Shown here piece after piece: positions 26,384 through 36,650 of a DNA stretch of 48,548 bases (positions are counted from its first letter, which is position 1; each line of letters begins with the position of its first letter). Source of the stretch: Bacilli bacterium. GTDB taxonomy: Bacteria; Bacillota_I; Bacilli_A; RF39; UBA660. Where the stretch lies: NCBI GenBank assembly GCA_017510225.1, contig JAFWNS010000016.1, positions 1-48,548 of the forward strand. Reading direction: 5' to 3'. The translations under genes and the position numbers were made by a program. The notes below the pieces were generated by a model. It was not told where the DNA came from and made no database searches. It saw nothing but the letters and a program-made list of their open reading frames with translations.

Positions 26384-28456
26384 CTAATTTCCTGTAGTTA
26401 TTTTATATGTGTCAAGATTAATTGTTATTGTACCTAGTTTGTCTGTTCTTAAATAGTTAATATTATATTTATTTAATTTTTCTATTGTTTCTAAATGAGG
26501 ATGTCCAAATCTATTATTTCTTCCACATGAGATTAAAGCTAATTTAGGATTTGTTTTTTCTAATAAATCTTCACTTGTAGAAGTTCTTGATCCATGATGC
26601 CCTAGTTTTAATATATCTATATTTTTAATATTATAATTATTTAATATATATTCTTCACTTTTAACAGATGCATCTCCTGTAAATAACATCTTTAAATTAT
26701 TATAAGTTATATAGTATATAGAACTACTATCATTTTCATCTTCTAAATCTGTATTTAATTCTAAAAAATTAAAATTGCCTATATTAAAATTAGTTCCTTC
26801 TTTAGATATATAAATATTATTATGTTTCTTTATAATTTGTTTTTCTAAATAATTAATTTTATTATCATTTATATAAACTTTATCTACTTTAAAATTATTA
26901 ATTAGATTTAATGCTTCTCCTAGATGATCATAATCACCATGAGTAAGAATTATTATATCTATTTTTTTAATACCTAAAGATTTAAGTAATGGTATAGTTA
27001 TATTTTTTACTAATGAATTATTATTTTGTCTCTTCATCCATTTATCTTTTATAAAAGACATATTCCCTCCTGTATCTATAAGTACTGTTTTATTATTAGA
27101 ATGAAGTATAAAAGAATCTCCCTGTCCAATATCAAGCATCTTTATATAATTATCATTTTTATAATATGGATATAAATAATGAATAATTATTAATAAAAAT
27201 AATGGTATATATAATAGTCTTTTATTTTTATTAAGACCAATAAAAAAGATTATTATAAATATAAAATATAATATATAAATAATTATGTTTAGTTTTGGAA
27301 ATATAAATTTAAAAGTATTTATTTTATTTAAGTATAAGGAAGTTATTTCTAATATATTAATTAATATATTATATAGTGGTTTTAGAAAGTTGAAGATGTA
27401 TGTTAGAAGTGATAATGGGAATATTATAATACTTATTAATGGTACATAGAATAAATTATATATAATACTTAGTATGTTTATTTGATAGAAATTATATAGT
27501 GTAATTGGAATACTAGATACAAAAGATAGGAATGATGTTACTAGTAATTTCTTTAGATAATTATTGTATCTATTTATAAACTCTCCCATTAATATTAAAG
27601 TTAGACTAATAGTAAAAGAATACCAGAAAGCTACTTCATAAATATAGAATGGTTCTATTAATAAAGAAATAGATAAAGTTAAAATAAATATGTTATATCC
27701 TTTAATATAAAAATAATATATTTTATTAATAGAAAATAATATAAAGAATAATACTCCTCTAAGTATAGATGGAGAAAGTCCTGTTAGAAATAAATATAAT
27801 AATAGAATAATACAAGTAATTAAATATCTTTTGTTTTCAGATATCTTTAATTTCTTTAGAATAGATAATATAATTCCTCCAAGTAAACTTGTATGCATCC
27901 CGCTTAAAGCAAATAAATGAGATATACCATTATTTTGATAAGACTCTTTTATTTCTTGTTTTAAATATCTTTTATCTCCTAATATAAAAGTATTTAAATA
28001 TGGATTATTATTTAGACTATTAATTATACTTTGTTTTAATAAATAATAAATATTATTAGTATTAGATATTTTTTTAATAGAATCTATTTTTACTGTTTTA
28101 TATATATGTTTATATTCTAAATACTTTTTATAATTAAAAGTATTTTTTGTAGTATTAGAACCTATATTATTAATAGTTCCATTAATACTTATTTTATCTC
28201 CTAGATGAAAACTATCTTTATAATATTTTAATTCTTTTTTAGATTTAAAATAATAATTACCTATATATTTATTATTAGATTTTAATGTTAAAGATAATTT
28301 GTTTCCATCGATAACTTGATCTAGGATAATTGATTCTTTTATCTCTATATTATTTTTTTTATTTAAATTAATTCTAATTAGTGATATTAATAATACTAAT
28401 ATAATTATAACTATATATAAATGATTAGATAGTAAGACGGTCCTTAATTTTAGCAA
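26384..28456 (-). CDS. comEC: DNA uptake channel ComEC/Rec2
   Basis: GISHLFALSGMH, SPS.LR, DIGQGD, THGDYDH, GHHGS, ISCG.NN.FGHP. Confidence 0.95.
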   Translation of the reverse strand: MLKLRTVLLSNHLYIVIIILVLLISLIRINLNKKNNIEIKESIILDQVIDGNKLSLTLKSNNKYIGNYYFKSKKELKYYKDSFHLGDKISINGTINNIGSNTTKNTFNYKKYLEYKHIYKTVKIDSIKKISNTNNIYYLLKQSIINSLNNNPYLNTFILGDKRYLKQEIKESYQNNGISHLFALSGMHTSLLGGIILSILKKLKISENKRYLITCIILLLYLFLTGLSPSILRGVLFFILFSINKIYYFYIKGYNIFILTLSISLLIEPFYIYEVAFWYSFTISLTLILMGEFINRYNNYLKKLLVTSFLSFVSSIPITLYNFYQINILSIIYNLFYVPLISIIIFPLSLLTYIFNFLKPLYNILINILEITSLYLNKINTFKFIFPKLNIIIYILYFIFIIIFFIGLNKNKRLLYIPLFLLIIIHYLYPYYKNDNYIKMLDIGQGDSFILHSNNKTVLIDTGGNMSFIKDKWMKRQNNNSLVKNITIPLLKSLGIKKIDIIILTHGDYDHLGEALNLINNFKVDKVYINDNKINYLEKQIIKKHNNIYISKEGTNFNIGNFNFLELNTDLEDENDSSSIYYITYNNLKMLFTGDASVKSEEYILNNYNIKNIDILKLGHHGSRTSTSEDLLEKTNPKLALISCGRNNRFGHPHLETIEKLNKYNINYLRTDKLGTITINLDTYKITTGN

Positions 28457-29108
28457 ATACTGCGTCTCCTATACCTTTTATATTTTTAATTTCATCTATT
28501 GTTTTAAAAGTATTTTTATTTCTATAAGAAATAATATCATTGGCTTTAGCTTCTCCTATACCAGATAACGTCATTAATTCTTCTTTAGTAGCAGTATTTA
28601 TATTTACTTTAGAATTATTATCTTTAGTAGTTTTATCTCCATCTATACAAGCATCATTCTTTAGAGAATTTGAATCTTTTTGTTTGCACATTTCTATTAG
28701 GCTAGCTTCTATTTCTTTAGTTCTTTTAAAATTATTTACTTCATAATTACTATAAATTATAATTACCATTTCATCAGTAATCTTTTTACTTAAATTAATT
28801 ACAGAAGTATTAGCTTTATCAGTTAATCCTCCAGCCATTTCTATAACATCTATTACTCTAGAATTAGTTTTTAATTCATATATACCTGGAACATTTACTT
28901 CTCCTTTTATATCTACTATTACTTTTTTAGGAGTAGTCTTTTTCTTTTTAACTGTTTCTTTTCTAGATAGTAATAATTCTTTTTTATTAGTATTTTTAGT
29001 TTTAGTATTTAGTATTTTAGATATTGTAAATATAGTAGTAGATAGAATTAAAATAAATACAATAATTCCAATAGTTATTTGTTTTCTATAACGATATTTA
29101 AAAGTAAT
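28425..29108 (-). CDS. comEA: Competence DNA receptor ComEA (TM, SLBB, HhH); apparent ATT start
   Basis: Frame stays open 90 codons upstream of the track start and encodes a TM helix and VDIKGEVNVPGIYEL...RV.DVI; C-terminal VNINTA..EEL.TL.GIG..KA..II.YR. Confidence 0.9.
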   Translation of the reverse strand: MTFKYRYRKQITIGIIVFILILSTTIFTISKILNTKTKNTNKKELLLSRKETVKKKKTTPKKVIVDIKGEVNVPGIYELKTNSRVIDVIEMAGGLTDKANTSVINLSKKITDEMVIIIYSNYEVNNFKRTKEIEASLIEMCKQKDSNSLKNDACIDGDKTTKDNNSKVNINTATKEELMTLSGIGEAKANDIISYRNKNTFKTIDEIKNIKGIGDAVFAKIKDRLTI

Positions 29109-29152
29109 AATTACACCTCCTATTTAAATTATTGTATAAAAAAAGAAAAGTT

Positions 29153-30247
29153 CTACACTTCTCTTGGTTTTTTTATTAATTTTTTTGCTTCTTCTTTAGG
29201 AAGACCATGGTGTGCTTGTTGCATCAATTCTTTTTCCATTTCAAATATATTACCTGGATCTTCTATTTTACAACCTGCACTTCGAATACTTCCTCCACCA
29301 CCCATATGATCCATTATTTTTCCTACATCGATTTTTCCTTTACTTCTTGCGGACATATAGATAGCATCTGGATTAATATAACCTATTACAATAGCAGCAT
29401 CTACTGTTCTAAAACTTATCATTCTATCTGCAGTTTGCGCTAAAACAACTTTTTTATATTTTTTAGTTGGATCATTTCTATTTAAAGTAATGGATATATT
29501 ATAACCTTTAAGTAATATATCATCTTCATCAAAATATGGATCTCCATACTCTACCATTCTTGTATTATGGTCATCATGTATAAGTAAAGATATTTCTTTA
29601 TCTACATCTATTTCTGATGCGAATAATTCTTCAACATTATCTACATCTGCACCTCTATTAAGTAACTTTTTAACAGCATCATATGTATTAGCAGATGTAT
29701 TCTTTTTAAATCTTTTAGTATCTAATCTAATACCAGAAAGTAAATAGTTAGCAGTATCTTCACTATGTTTTACTTTTAAACAACTAAGTAGGTATGTAAC
29801 TATTTCACTAGCACTAGAAGCATTATCATCAATATATTTCTTTTCTGTTTCAATAGTTCTAGCGCTTTCACCATGATGATCTATTATTAAAATATCTTTA
29901 AAATCATCTAAATAATCTCTTACGGATACTAGAGCTTGATTATTAGTATCAGTTACTATTAATGAAGATGCGCTATCTTTTAATTCTTCAAACTTATCTA
30001 TATCAATAATATTACATCTTTCTTTTTCTTTATCTATAATTTGTTTAACACCGGGTTCTAATTCAATATCATTATCATTAACTATTATATAAGACTCTAT
30101 ACCAAATTTTTGGCACAATTCACTAAGACCTATTGCAGACGCAATAGCATCATAATCTGGTTCATCATGACCTACAATAAATATCTTAGAAGATGTAGTA
30201 GAAATATCTACAAACATATCTTTTAAGGATTTTATTGACTTTCCCAT
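29153..30247 (-). CDS. Stand-alone DHH/DHHA1 phosphoesterase (GdpP catalytic-region-like)
   Basis: GH..PD.DA, IIDHH, SSASE, LDT..F, SARS, MGGGG. Confidence 0.88.
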   Translation of the reverse strand: MGKSIKSLKDMFVDISTTSSKIFIVGHDEPDYDAIASAIGLSELCQKFGIESYIIVNDNDIELEPGVKQIIDKEKERCNIIDIDKFEELKDSASSLIVTDTNNQALVSVRDYLDDFKDILIIDHHGESARTIETEKKYIDDNASSASEIVTYLLSCLKVKHSEDTANYLLSGIRLDTKRFKKNTSANTYDAVKKLLNRGADVDNVEELFASEIDVDKEISLLIHDDHNTRMVEYGDPYFDEDDILLKGYNISITLNRNDPTKKYKKVVLAQTADRMISFRTVDAAIVIGYINPDAIYMSARSKGKIDVGKIMDHMGGGGSIRSAGCKIEDPGNIFEMEKELMQQAHHGLPKEEAKKLIKKPREV

Positions 30248-30297
30248 AATAATCCCCCTTATATGGCTTCATATTATAACATAAAATTACTAAAAAA

Positions 30298-31854
30298 TCA
30301 ATTTCTAGCAATATTCTCAGCTTGTTTTATACCATCAATTGCAGACGTAGTAATACCTCCAGAATATCCAGCACCTTCACCACAAGGATATATTCCTTCT
30401 ATATTAGAAATACCTTTTTCATTACGTTTAATCTTTATAGGAGATGAAGTCCTAGATTCAATACCTAACATAATAGTATCATTCCTATCAAAACCTTTAA
30501 TCTTCTTACCAAACATTGGCAAAGCTTCCTTTATAGAATCGTATACATAGTCTGGTAATAGCTTGTTTAAGTCACTAAATTTATAATTACCTTTAATACA
30601 AGGATCATAGTTAAATTTAGTACTAACTTTTTTATCTATAAAATCTTTATATAATTGTACTGGTATATTACCTTCCCCTAATTTATAAGCTTGTCTTTCT
30701 AATTCTCTTTGGAATTTCACTCCATCAAATAATTCTTTTCCATAGTCATTTTTATTAACAGTTACAACAATAGCGCTATTAGAATTTTTACTATCTCTTT
30801 TATAATCACTCATACCATTTATTACTAATCCATCTTTTTCAGTAGATGAGTTTACTACATATCCTCCTGGACACATACAAAATGAATATACTCCTCTACC
30901 TTTTTTAGTATTATATGTTAGTTTATAACTAGCGGGATTTAGTTTTTTATAAGATTCACCATATTGAGATTTATTTATCATAGATTGAGGATGTTCTACA
31001 CGAAGTCCTACTGCGAATGGTTTGGATTCCATACAAATACCTTTTTTATGTAACATTTCAAAAGTGTCCCTTGCACTATGACCGATTGCAAGAACTAAAC
31101 TGTCACATTCTATTTCGTTATTATTTACAATTACACCACATACTTTATTATTCTTTATCTTAATATCAGTAACTAAACTATTAAATAGAAATTCTCCACC
31201 CATATTTATTATTTTATGTCTAATATTTTTTACTACTTCTCTTAATTTGTCTGTTCCAATATGAGGAAGTGCATCATAAGCTATTTCTTTAGGTGCACCA
31301 TTTTCTATAAATATAGAAAACACTTTATTACCTCTAGCTTCTTTATCTTTTGTTAATGTATTTAATTTTCCATCAGAAAAAGTACCTGCTCCTCCTTCTC
31401 CAAAACAGACATTACTATTTATATTTAAATTATTATTTTTCCAAAATTCTTCTACAGTTTTTACTCTGTCTTCTATTTTTTCTCCACGTTCTATAATTAT
31501 AGGTTTGTATCCTGCTTCAGCAAGAACATAACCACAAAATAGTCCAGCTGGACCACTACCTACTATAACTATTTTTTTATCTTTATTATTTATTTTAGGA
31601 AAAGAATAGTTTTTACTTATACTTTTAAATATATCTTTAGAATTTATTTTCTTTAAAATAATATCTTCACTCAAAACTTCTACATCTAATTCATATACAT
31701 ATAAAATATTATTTTTATCTCTTGCATCAATAGATTTTTTTATATATTTAATATCTTTTATATTAGATTCTTTTGTTTTTAATAATTTAGATACTTTCTT
31801 TTTTAAATCTATTTCTTTATCTATTGGAACTCTTACTTGTCTTAATCTAATCAT
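30298..31854 (-). CDS. FAD-dependent oxidoreductase, uncharacterised family
   Basis: GSGPAG, SN..FGEGGAGTFSDGKL, PHIGTD, FCMCPGG, GEGAGY.GGI; start MIRLRQ overlaps the upstream stop. Confidence 0.9.
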   Translation of the reverse strand: MIRLRQVRVPIDKEIDLKKKVSKLLKTKESNIKDIKYIKKSIDARDKNNILYVYELDVEVLSEDIILKKINSKDIFKSISKNYSFPKINNKDKKIVIVGSGPAGLFCGYVLAEAGYKPIIIERGEKIEDRVKTVEEFWKNNNLNINSNVCFGEGGAGTFSDGKLNTLTKDKEARGNKVFSIFIENGAPKEIAYDALPHIGTDKLREVVKNIRHKIINMGGEFLFNSLVTDIKIKNNKVCGVIVNNNEIECDSLVLAIGHSARDTFEMLHKKGICMESKPFAVGLRVEHPQSMINKSQYGESYKKLNPASYKLTYNTKKGRGVYSFCMCPGGYVVNSSTEKDGLVINGMSDYKRDSKNSNSAIVVTVNKNDYGKELFDGVKFQRELERQAYKLGEGNIPVQLYKDFIDKKVSTKFNYDPCIKGNYKFSDLNKLLPDYVYDSIKEALPMFGKKIKGFDRNDTIMLGIESRTSSPIKIKRNEKGISNIEGIYPCGEGAGYSGGITTSAIDGIKQAENIARN

Positions 31855-33073
31855 TATTAACACTTCTTCCTGCAAGTATTCCACTTAACCAAGCAATTGT
31901 TAGATTATAACCACCACATAAACCTACTATATCTAGTAGTTCTCCTGTTATATATAAATTACTTACTATTTGTGACTCCATTGTTTCTAAATTAACTTCT
32001 TTTAATGAAACTCCTCCACTACAAGTTTGTGCTTCTTCAAAACTATTTGTATCAATTATATTTAGTGGGAATTCTATTAAATTATTTATTAAAGTATTTT
32101 GTTTTTCTTTAGATAATTCTGTAAATAGTTTGTTACTATCTATATTAGATTCTTTTAAAATAATATTTACTAATTTATAATTAAGTATTCTTTCTAATAC
32201 TTTAGATATAGATAAATCTAGTTTCTTAGTCTTATATATTAACCACTCTATATATTCTTCTTTTTCTATATAATCTAAGAATGGTATAAAGTTTATTTTA
32301 ATTATTTCTTGTTTTTTATTATCTAATCCTTTTACTATTAATCCTGATAAATTAAAAGTACATATACCACTAATACCATATTTAGTAAATTGAGCTTCAC
32401 CGTATTCTTCTTTTAATAATTTATTATTTTCATATAAAGATAGTTTTACTTCACTTCTTACACCTGTCCATTCTTTTAAATACTTAGCATCACTTTTAAC
32501 ACCCATTAAATTAGGATATACTTTTTCTATTTTATGACCAAATTTTTCTAAGAATTTATAACCCATACCTGTACTTCCTGTTTTAGGATATGAGTATGAT
32601 CCAGTAGAGATTATTACTTTATCACAAGTAATAGTTTCTTTATCTGATTTTATTATAAATTTATTATTTTCTTTTTTAATATCTTCTACTAAAAAATTGT
32701 TTTTTATAATAACTCCACTTCTTTTTACTTCTTCTACTAATGCATTTTTAATAGTTACTGCTTGATTAGAAAATGGATAATATAAGTTATCTTTTATTTT
32801 AGGAGTAATTTCTAGCTCATCAAAAAACTTTAATACTTTGTATATATTCTTAGTATTAATAAATTCTTTTATTAAATTATTATCATTACTATAATAATTA
32901 CTTAAATCTTGATTACTATTAAAGTAATTACATCTACCATTACCAGTTATTAGTAATTTCTTACCACAATCTTTATTTCTTTCTAGTAAAATTACTTCAT
33001 TGTTTTTATTCTTACTAATAATAGAACTTACTAGACCAGAAGCTCCTCCACCAATAATAACTATTTTATCCAT
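31847..33073 (-). CDS. HI0933/BaiN family flavoprotein
   Basis: GGGASG, GKKLLITGNGRCN, YPKTGSTG.GY, FT.YG.SG, GELLD..G.CGGYNL..AW.SG. Confidence 0.92.
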   Translation of the reverse strand: MDKIVIIGGGASGLVSSIISKNKNNEVILLERNKDCGKKLLITGNGRCNYFNSNQDLSNYYSNDNNLIKEFINTKNIYKVLKFFDELEITPKIKDNLYYPFSNQAVTIKNALVEEVKRSGVIIKNNFLVEDIKKENNKFIIKSDKETITCDKVIISTGSYSYPKTGSTGMGYKFLEKFGHKIEKVYPNLMGVKSDAKYLKEWTGVRSEVKLSLYENNKLLKEEYGEAQFTKYGISGICTFNLSGLIVKGLDNKKQEIIKINFIPFLDYIEKEEYIEWLIYKTKKLDLSISKVLERILNYKLVNIILKESNIDSNKLFTELSKEKQNTLINNLIEFPLNIIDTNSFEEAQTCSGGVSLKEVNLETMESQIVSNLYITGELLDIVGLCGGYNLTIAWLSGILAGRSVNND

Positions 33074-33147
33074 AATACCACCACTTTTTTTACTAAATTA
33101 TATCATATTTTTCCAAATAAAAAAGAAAATATAAGTAAATATATTTT

Positions 33148-35046
33148 CTATTTATTTTTTTCTATTGGTTCATATACTGTACCAGTAAACCATACTTCAC
33201 CACTATTTTTATCTCTTATTATAAACATATATGGTTTATCAAATGTTAAATCTATTTTTTCTATTGGTACATCAAATAAGTAATCAAATCCTCCACTTGT
33301 AGAACCTAATCCACCCATCTCAGTTGCGGCAGCAGCTTTAATTCCATCATTAGAGAATTCTATATTAGCCTTATGAGAAGCACTATCTATAAAAGCTTCT
33401 TTCTTAGTTAAATTAGATAAATCTGCTTTACCTTCTTCAAATACATTTTTAATTCCTAATTTCTGTAAATCTTTCTTTAATTCTAAAGTATAATCAAATT
33501 TAAAGAATGGTATATATCCTTTAATTATAGTAACTACTCCATCTTTAAAACTTTCCTTTTTTAATTCTTTTAAATTCTTTATAATCTTATTTAATTTCTT
33601 TGCATTAGTTTTTTCTACATATTTATCTAAATCTTCATTTTTAGGCATAATACCTACATATTGTAGAGTAGTTCCATCATATGTTTTTAAATCTTTAGCA
33701 AATACTTTTACATTTTTATCATCATGGAATAAGAAATCCGATGATTTATCTGATTTATTATAATTTTCTTTTAGATCTTTAATAAATCCATCTACATATT
33801 TATCTACATCTTTTTCTTCTGGATTATCATTTGTCCAATTCTTTCCATCCTCAGTATTTAACCATTTTTTATACTCATCACTAACTGTTTTTCTTATTTT
33901 ATCTTCTCCTAATTCTTTAACGATATTATAACGGTTATATACTGCACCTATTTCTGCAGATTTAATATTATCTTTACCATCAAATTTTAATGAGTGATAG
34001 TCAGATTCATCAAATATTATAGGTATAGCCCATGTAAATCTGTATCCATCTTCACCTTTTTCGTGATCATATCCTCCACCATAATCTAGGCATTGTACTT
34101 TACTTCCACTAGCACATTGAATTTGATAATTCCAATTCATATCAATCGCTAAAGCATTAGTAAGTACGAAATCATATTTAGAAACACTATCATCAAATAA
34201 ATCTTTTATTAAATTAAATGTTTTTTCACTAACCCATTTATTTAGAGCATCTGGTGTTTTAAATGAATCATATATAACTTCTGCATTATATTTTTCTTTT
34301 AAATTATCTGTATATTCTACTTTTACTGAATCTTTATAACTATCTTTTATAAACATAGCATTTGCGAAAGACATATTCTTATTATTATTGTATTTTTTAG
34401 CTTTATAGTCACCTATAATATCTGTAATTTGATCTTTTGAATCTCCATTAGCTCCTTCTTTTAACATCGCTAATGCATATTTAATTGAAAGTGGACTATA
34501 TATTTTATTATTATCTTTATTTTCTATTTGTAAAAACTTTAAATCAAAATCAGTTAAATCATTACTAGAAATTCTATAAGCTGATTGTTTTTCTGGTGTT
34601 GTTACTGATTCTTTTTGTGAATTAGTTAAATAGAAATATACTCCTACTCCAATTCCAACTAGTAATAAAAGTATAATAAATACTATTATTGGTTTCTTTT
34701 TACCTTTCTTCTTTGGTTTATCAGTAGCATCACCTACTTCTTCTATTGTAGAACTCGGAAGTGTCTCATTAAGTGTTGTTTCTATAGGTGTCGTGTTTTC
34801 TACTGATGTTTCTTCTACTGTAGGTAATTCCTCTACCGGATTCTCTGCTGGTATATTTGGTTCCTCTATAGTACTTTCTCCTACTGGAGTTTCCTCTGGT
34901 ATAGTTGATTCCTCTACAGTACTTTCTTCTGCTGGTGTTTCCCCTGTTTCAGTATTTTCTACTGGTTCCTCTAATACTTCTTCTTTTTCTTCTAGCACTT
35001 CTTCTACTTCATCATCTAATACCTCTGGTTTATTTTCTTCTTCCAT
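33148..35046 (-). CDS. Membrane-anchored serpin with acidic repetitive N-terminal region
   Basis: YSPLSI..AL.ML..GA, N.WV...T...I, NALAI...W, ADLSNL, HKA.IEF...GIKAAAAT hinge, FDKPYMFIIRD....WF.G.V..P. Confidence 0.9.
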   Translation of the reverse strand: MEEENKPEVLDDEVEEVLEEKEEVLEEPVENTETGETPAEESTVEESTIPEETPVGESTIEEPNIPAENPVEELPTVEETSVENTTPIETTLNETLPSSTIEEVGDATDKPKKKGKKKPIIVFIILLLLVGIGVGVYFYLTNSQKESVTTPEKQSAYRISSNDLTDFDLKFLQIENKDNNKIYSPLSIKYALAMLKEGANGDSKDQITDIIGDYKAKKYNNNKNMSFANAMFIKDSYKDSVKVEYTDNLKEKYNAEVIYDSFKTPDALNKWVSEKTFNLIKDLFDDSVSKYDFVLTNALAIDMNWNYQIQCASGSKVQCLDYGGGYDHEKGEDGYRFTWAIPIIFDESDYHSLKFDGKDNIKSAEIGAVYNRYNIVKELGEDKIRKTVSDEYKKWLNTEDGKNWTNDNPEEKDVDKYVDGFIKDLKENYNKSDKSSDFLFHDDKNVKVFAKDLKTYDGTTLQYVGIMPKNEDLDKYVEKTNAKKLNKIIKNLKELKKESFKDGVVTIIKGYIPFFKFDYTLELKKDLQKLGIKNVFEEGKADLSNLTKKEAFIDSASHKANIEFSNDGIKAAAATEMGGLGSTSGGFDYLFDVPIEKIDLTFDKPYMFIIRDKNSGEVWFTGTVYEPIEKNK

Positions 35047-35148
35047 ATATTATCCTCCTATTATATATAATATATCTATACATATTATTATAGTCAATTG
35101 TTTTACTTATATTATTATTCTATTTACGTAAAACAAAAAAAAGAACTA

Positions 35149-36300
35149 TTAAGTTCTTCTTTTTCTTCTTTTTGTTTCTCTACTTAAACCACTTTCTACA
35201 CTTACTCTTTGTACTACAGTTAGGGCGGCAATTAAACAGATAGTAAAACTTCCTCCATAACTCATAAATGGAAGTGGTACTCCTGTCATTGGGATTAGTC
35301 CAAATAAACCTAATAAGTTTATTGCGATATGTAAGAATATATAAATAGCTATTCCATAACACATCATGGCCCCACTATTACTCTTACTTTTTCTACCGAT
35401 TGCAAGTATTCTATATAATAAGAACATATATGCAAGTAATATAGCTATACCAAACCATACGCCCATTTCTTCTACTATAATTGCGAAGATAAAATCTGTA
35501 TATGGTTCTGGTAAATACAAATACTTTTGAGTTGAGTTACCTAGACCTACTCCAGTAAGTCCACCATTATTAATCGCAATATATCCATTACATACTTGAT
35601 TACCAGTAGATAATAATCTCTTACATGGATTCCTATAATTAAATCTTTCATTTTGTCTATCTTGTAATACTTTACTACCTAGTGTTTTATAACCTAATGC
35701 AGCAAATACTAATAAACCTACTCCTAGGAATAATAGTTTAAACTTGATTGATTTAGATACTGGAGATGAGAAAAACATTGCCCCTATAATAGATGTGTAT
35801 ATTATAGTAGTACCTAAGTCTGGTTGAATAAAAATCAATAAACATATAATCATACATATTCCTATTGGGAATAAACTTTTCATATAAGTTTTTAATCCTT
35901 TAGAATTCAAATCATAATATCTAGCTAACCAAATGATACTTATAACTTTCGCAAATTCACTTGGTTGAATACTAATAAATCCTAAATCAAACCAAGAAAT
36001 CGCTTGATTTTTAGCTCTTCCTAGTACTAATAAGCATACTAAAGAAGCTATTACTATCAGTAATAATCCCCAGGATAATTTACCATATGTTTTAGTAGAC
36101 ATTTTTATCATTATAAAAAATAATATTAACCCTGTTATTAAGAAAAATAATTGTTTTAAGAAATAATTATATGGACTAACGGCATGTGACATATAAGCAG
36201 TAACATTAGATGATGAGAATACTGCGATTAATCCCACGACAAAAAGTAATATAGTTATTAATAATAAAGGTTTATCTAAGTTCTTAAATACTTTCTTCAC
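35149..36300 (-). CDS. ftsW: SEDS family peptidoglycan glycosyltransferase (FtsW/RodA/SpoVE)
   Basis: IQPSEFAK, QPDLGT, YLPEPYTDFIFAII.EE.G, PMTGVPLPFMSYGGS; paralog identity uncertain. Confidence 0.85.
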   Translation of the reverse strand: MKKVFKNLDKPLLLITILLFVVGLIAVFSSSNVTAYMSHAVSPYNYFLKQLFFLITGLILFFIMIKMSTKTYGKLSWGLLLIVIASLVCLLVLGRAKNQAISWFDLGFISIQPSEFAKVISIIWLARYYDLNSKGLKTYMKSLFPIGICMIICLLIFIQPDLGTTIIYTSIIGAMFFSSPVSKSIKFKLLFLGVGLLVFAALGYKTLGSKVLQDRQNERFNYRNPCKRLLSTGNQVCNGYIAINNGGLTGVGLGNSTQKYLYLPEPYTDFIFAIIVEEMGVWFGIAILLAYMFLLYRILAIGRKSKSNSGAMMCYGIAIYIFLHIAINLLGLFGLIPMTGVPLPFMSYGGSFTICLIAALTVVQRVSVESGLSRETKRRKRRT

Positions 36301-36422
36301 TATATCACTCCATTCTAATATAATAATATCATATTTTCATAGTTTTTTATAGGTTGTTTTCATTAACAATATTTTTATCTTTACATATTTTATAGTAGAT
36401 TATGTAAAGGAGGCTATCTATT

Positions 36423-36566
36423 ATGTATTATTATGGTGGAGGAAGTAGTTGTTGTGGTAATAGTATGCCATACTACACTACTTGTGGAAACAATAATAAC
36501 TATGCCATTATCTTAGTATTATTTATTTTATTAGTTATTATAGTTGGTACTCGTTTTAATGATTAA
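36423..36566 (+). CDS. YjcZ/SscA family small sporulation protein (47 aa)
   Basis: Read manually: MYYYGGGSSCCG...YAIILVLFILLVIIVG; RBS AAGGAGG; upstream AACA...CATATTT resembles a mother-cell sigma promoter. Confidence 0.85.
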   Translation: MYYYGGGSSCCGNSMPYYTTCGNNNNYAIILVLFILLVIIVGTRFND

Positions 36567-36569
36567 TTT

Positions 36570-36596
36570 GTGTATAGATATCTATACACTTTTTTT
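36570..36596 (+). terminator. Intrinsic terminator
   Basis: GTGTATAGATATCTATACAC palindrome followed by a T run. Confidence 0.65.
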
Positions 36597-36650
36597 GACT
36601 AAGTTTTTTATGTGTGCTATAATATGCTTTGATTGAGGGCTGGTGGTAGT

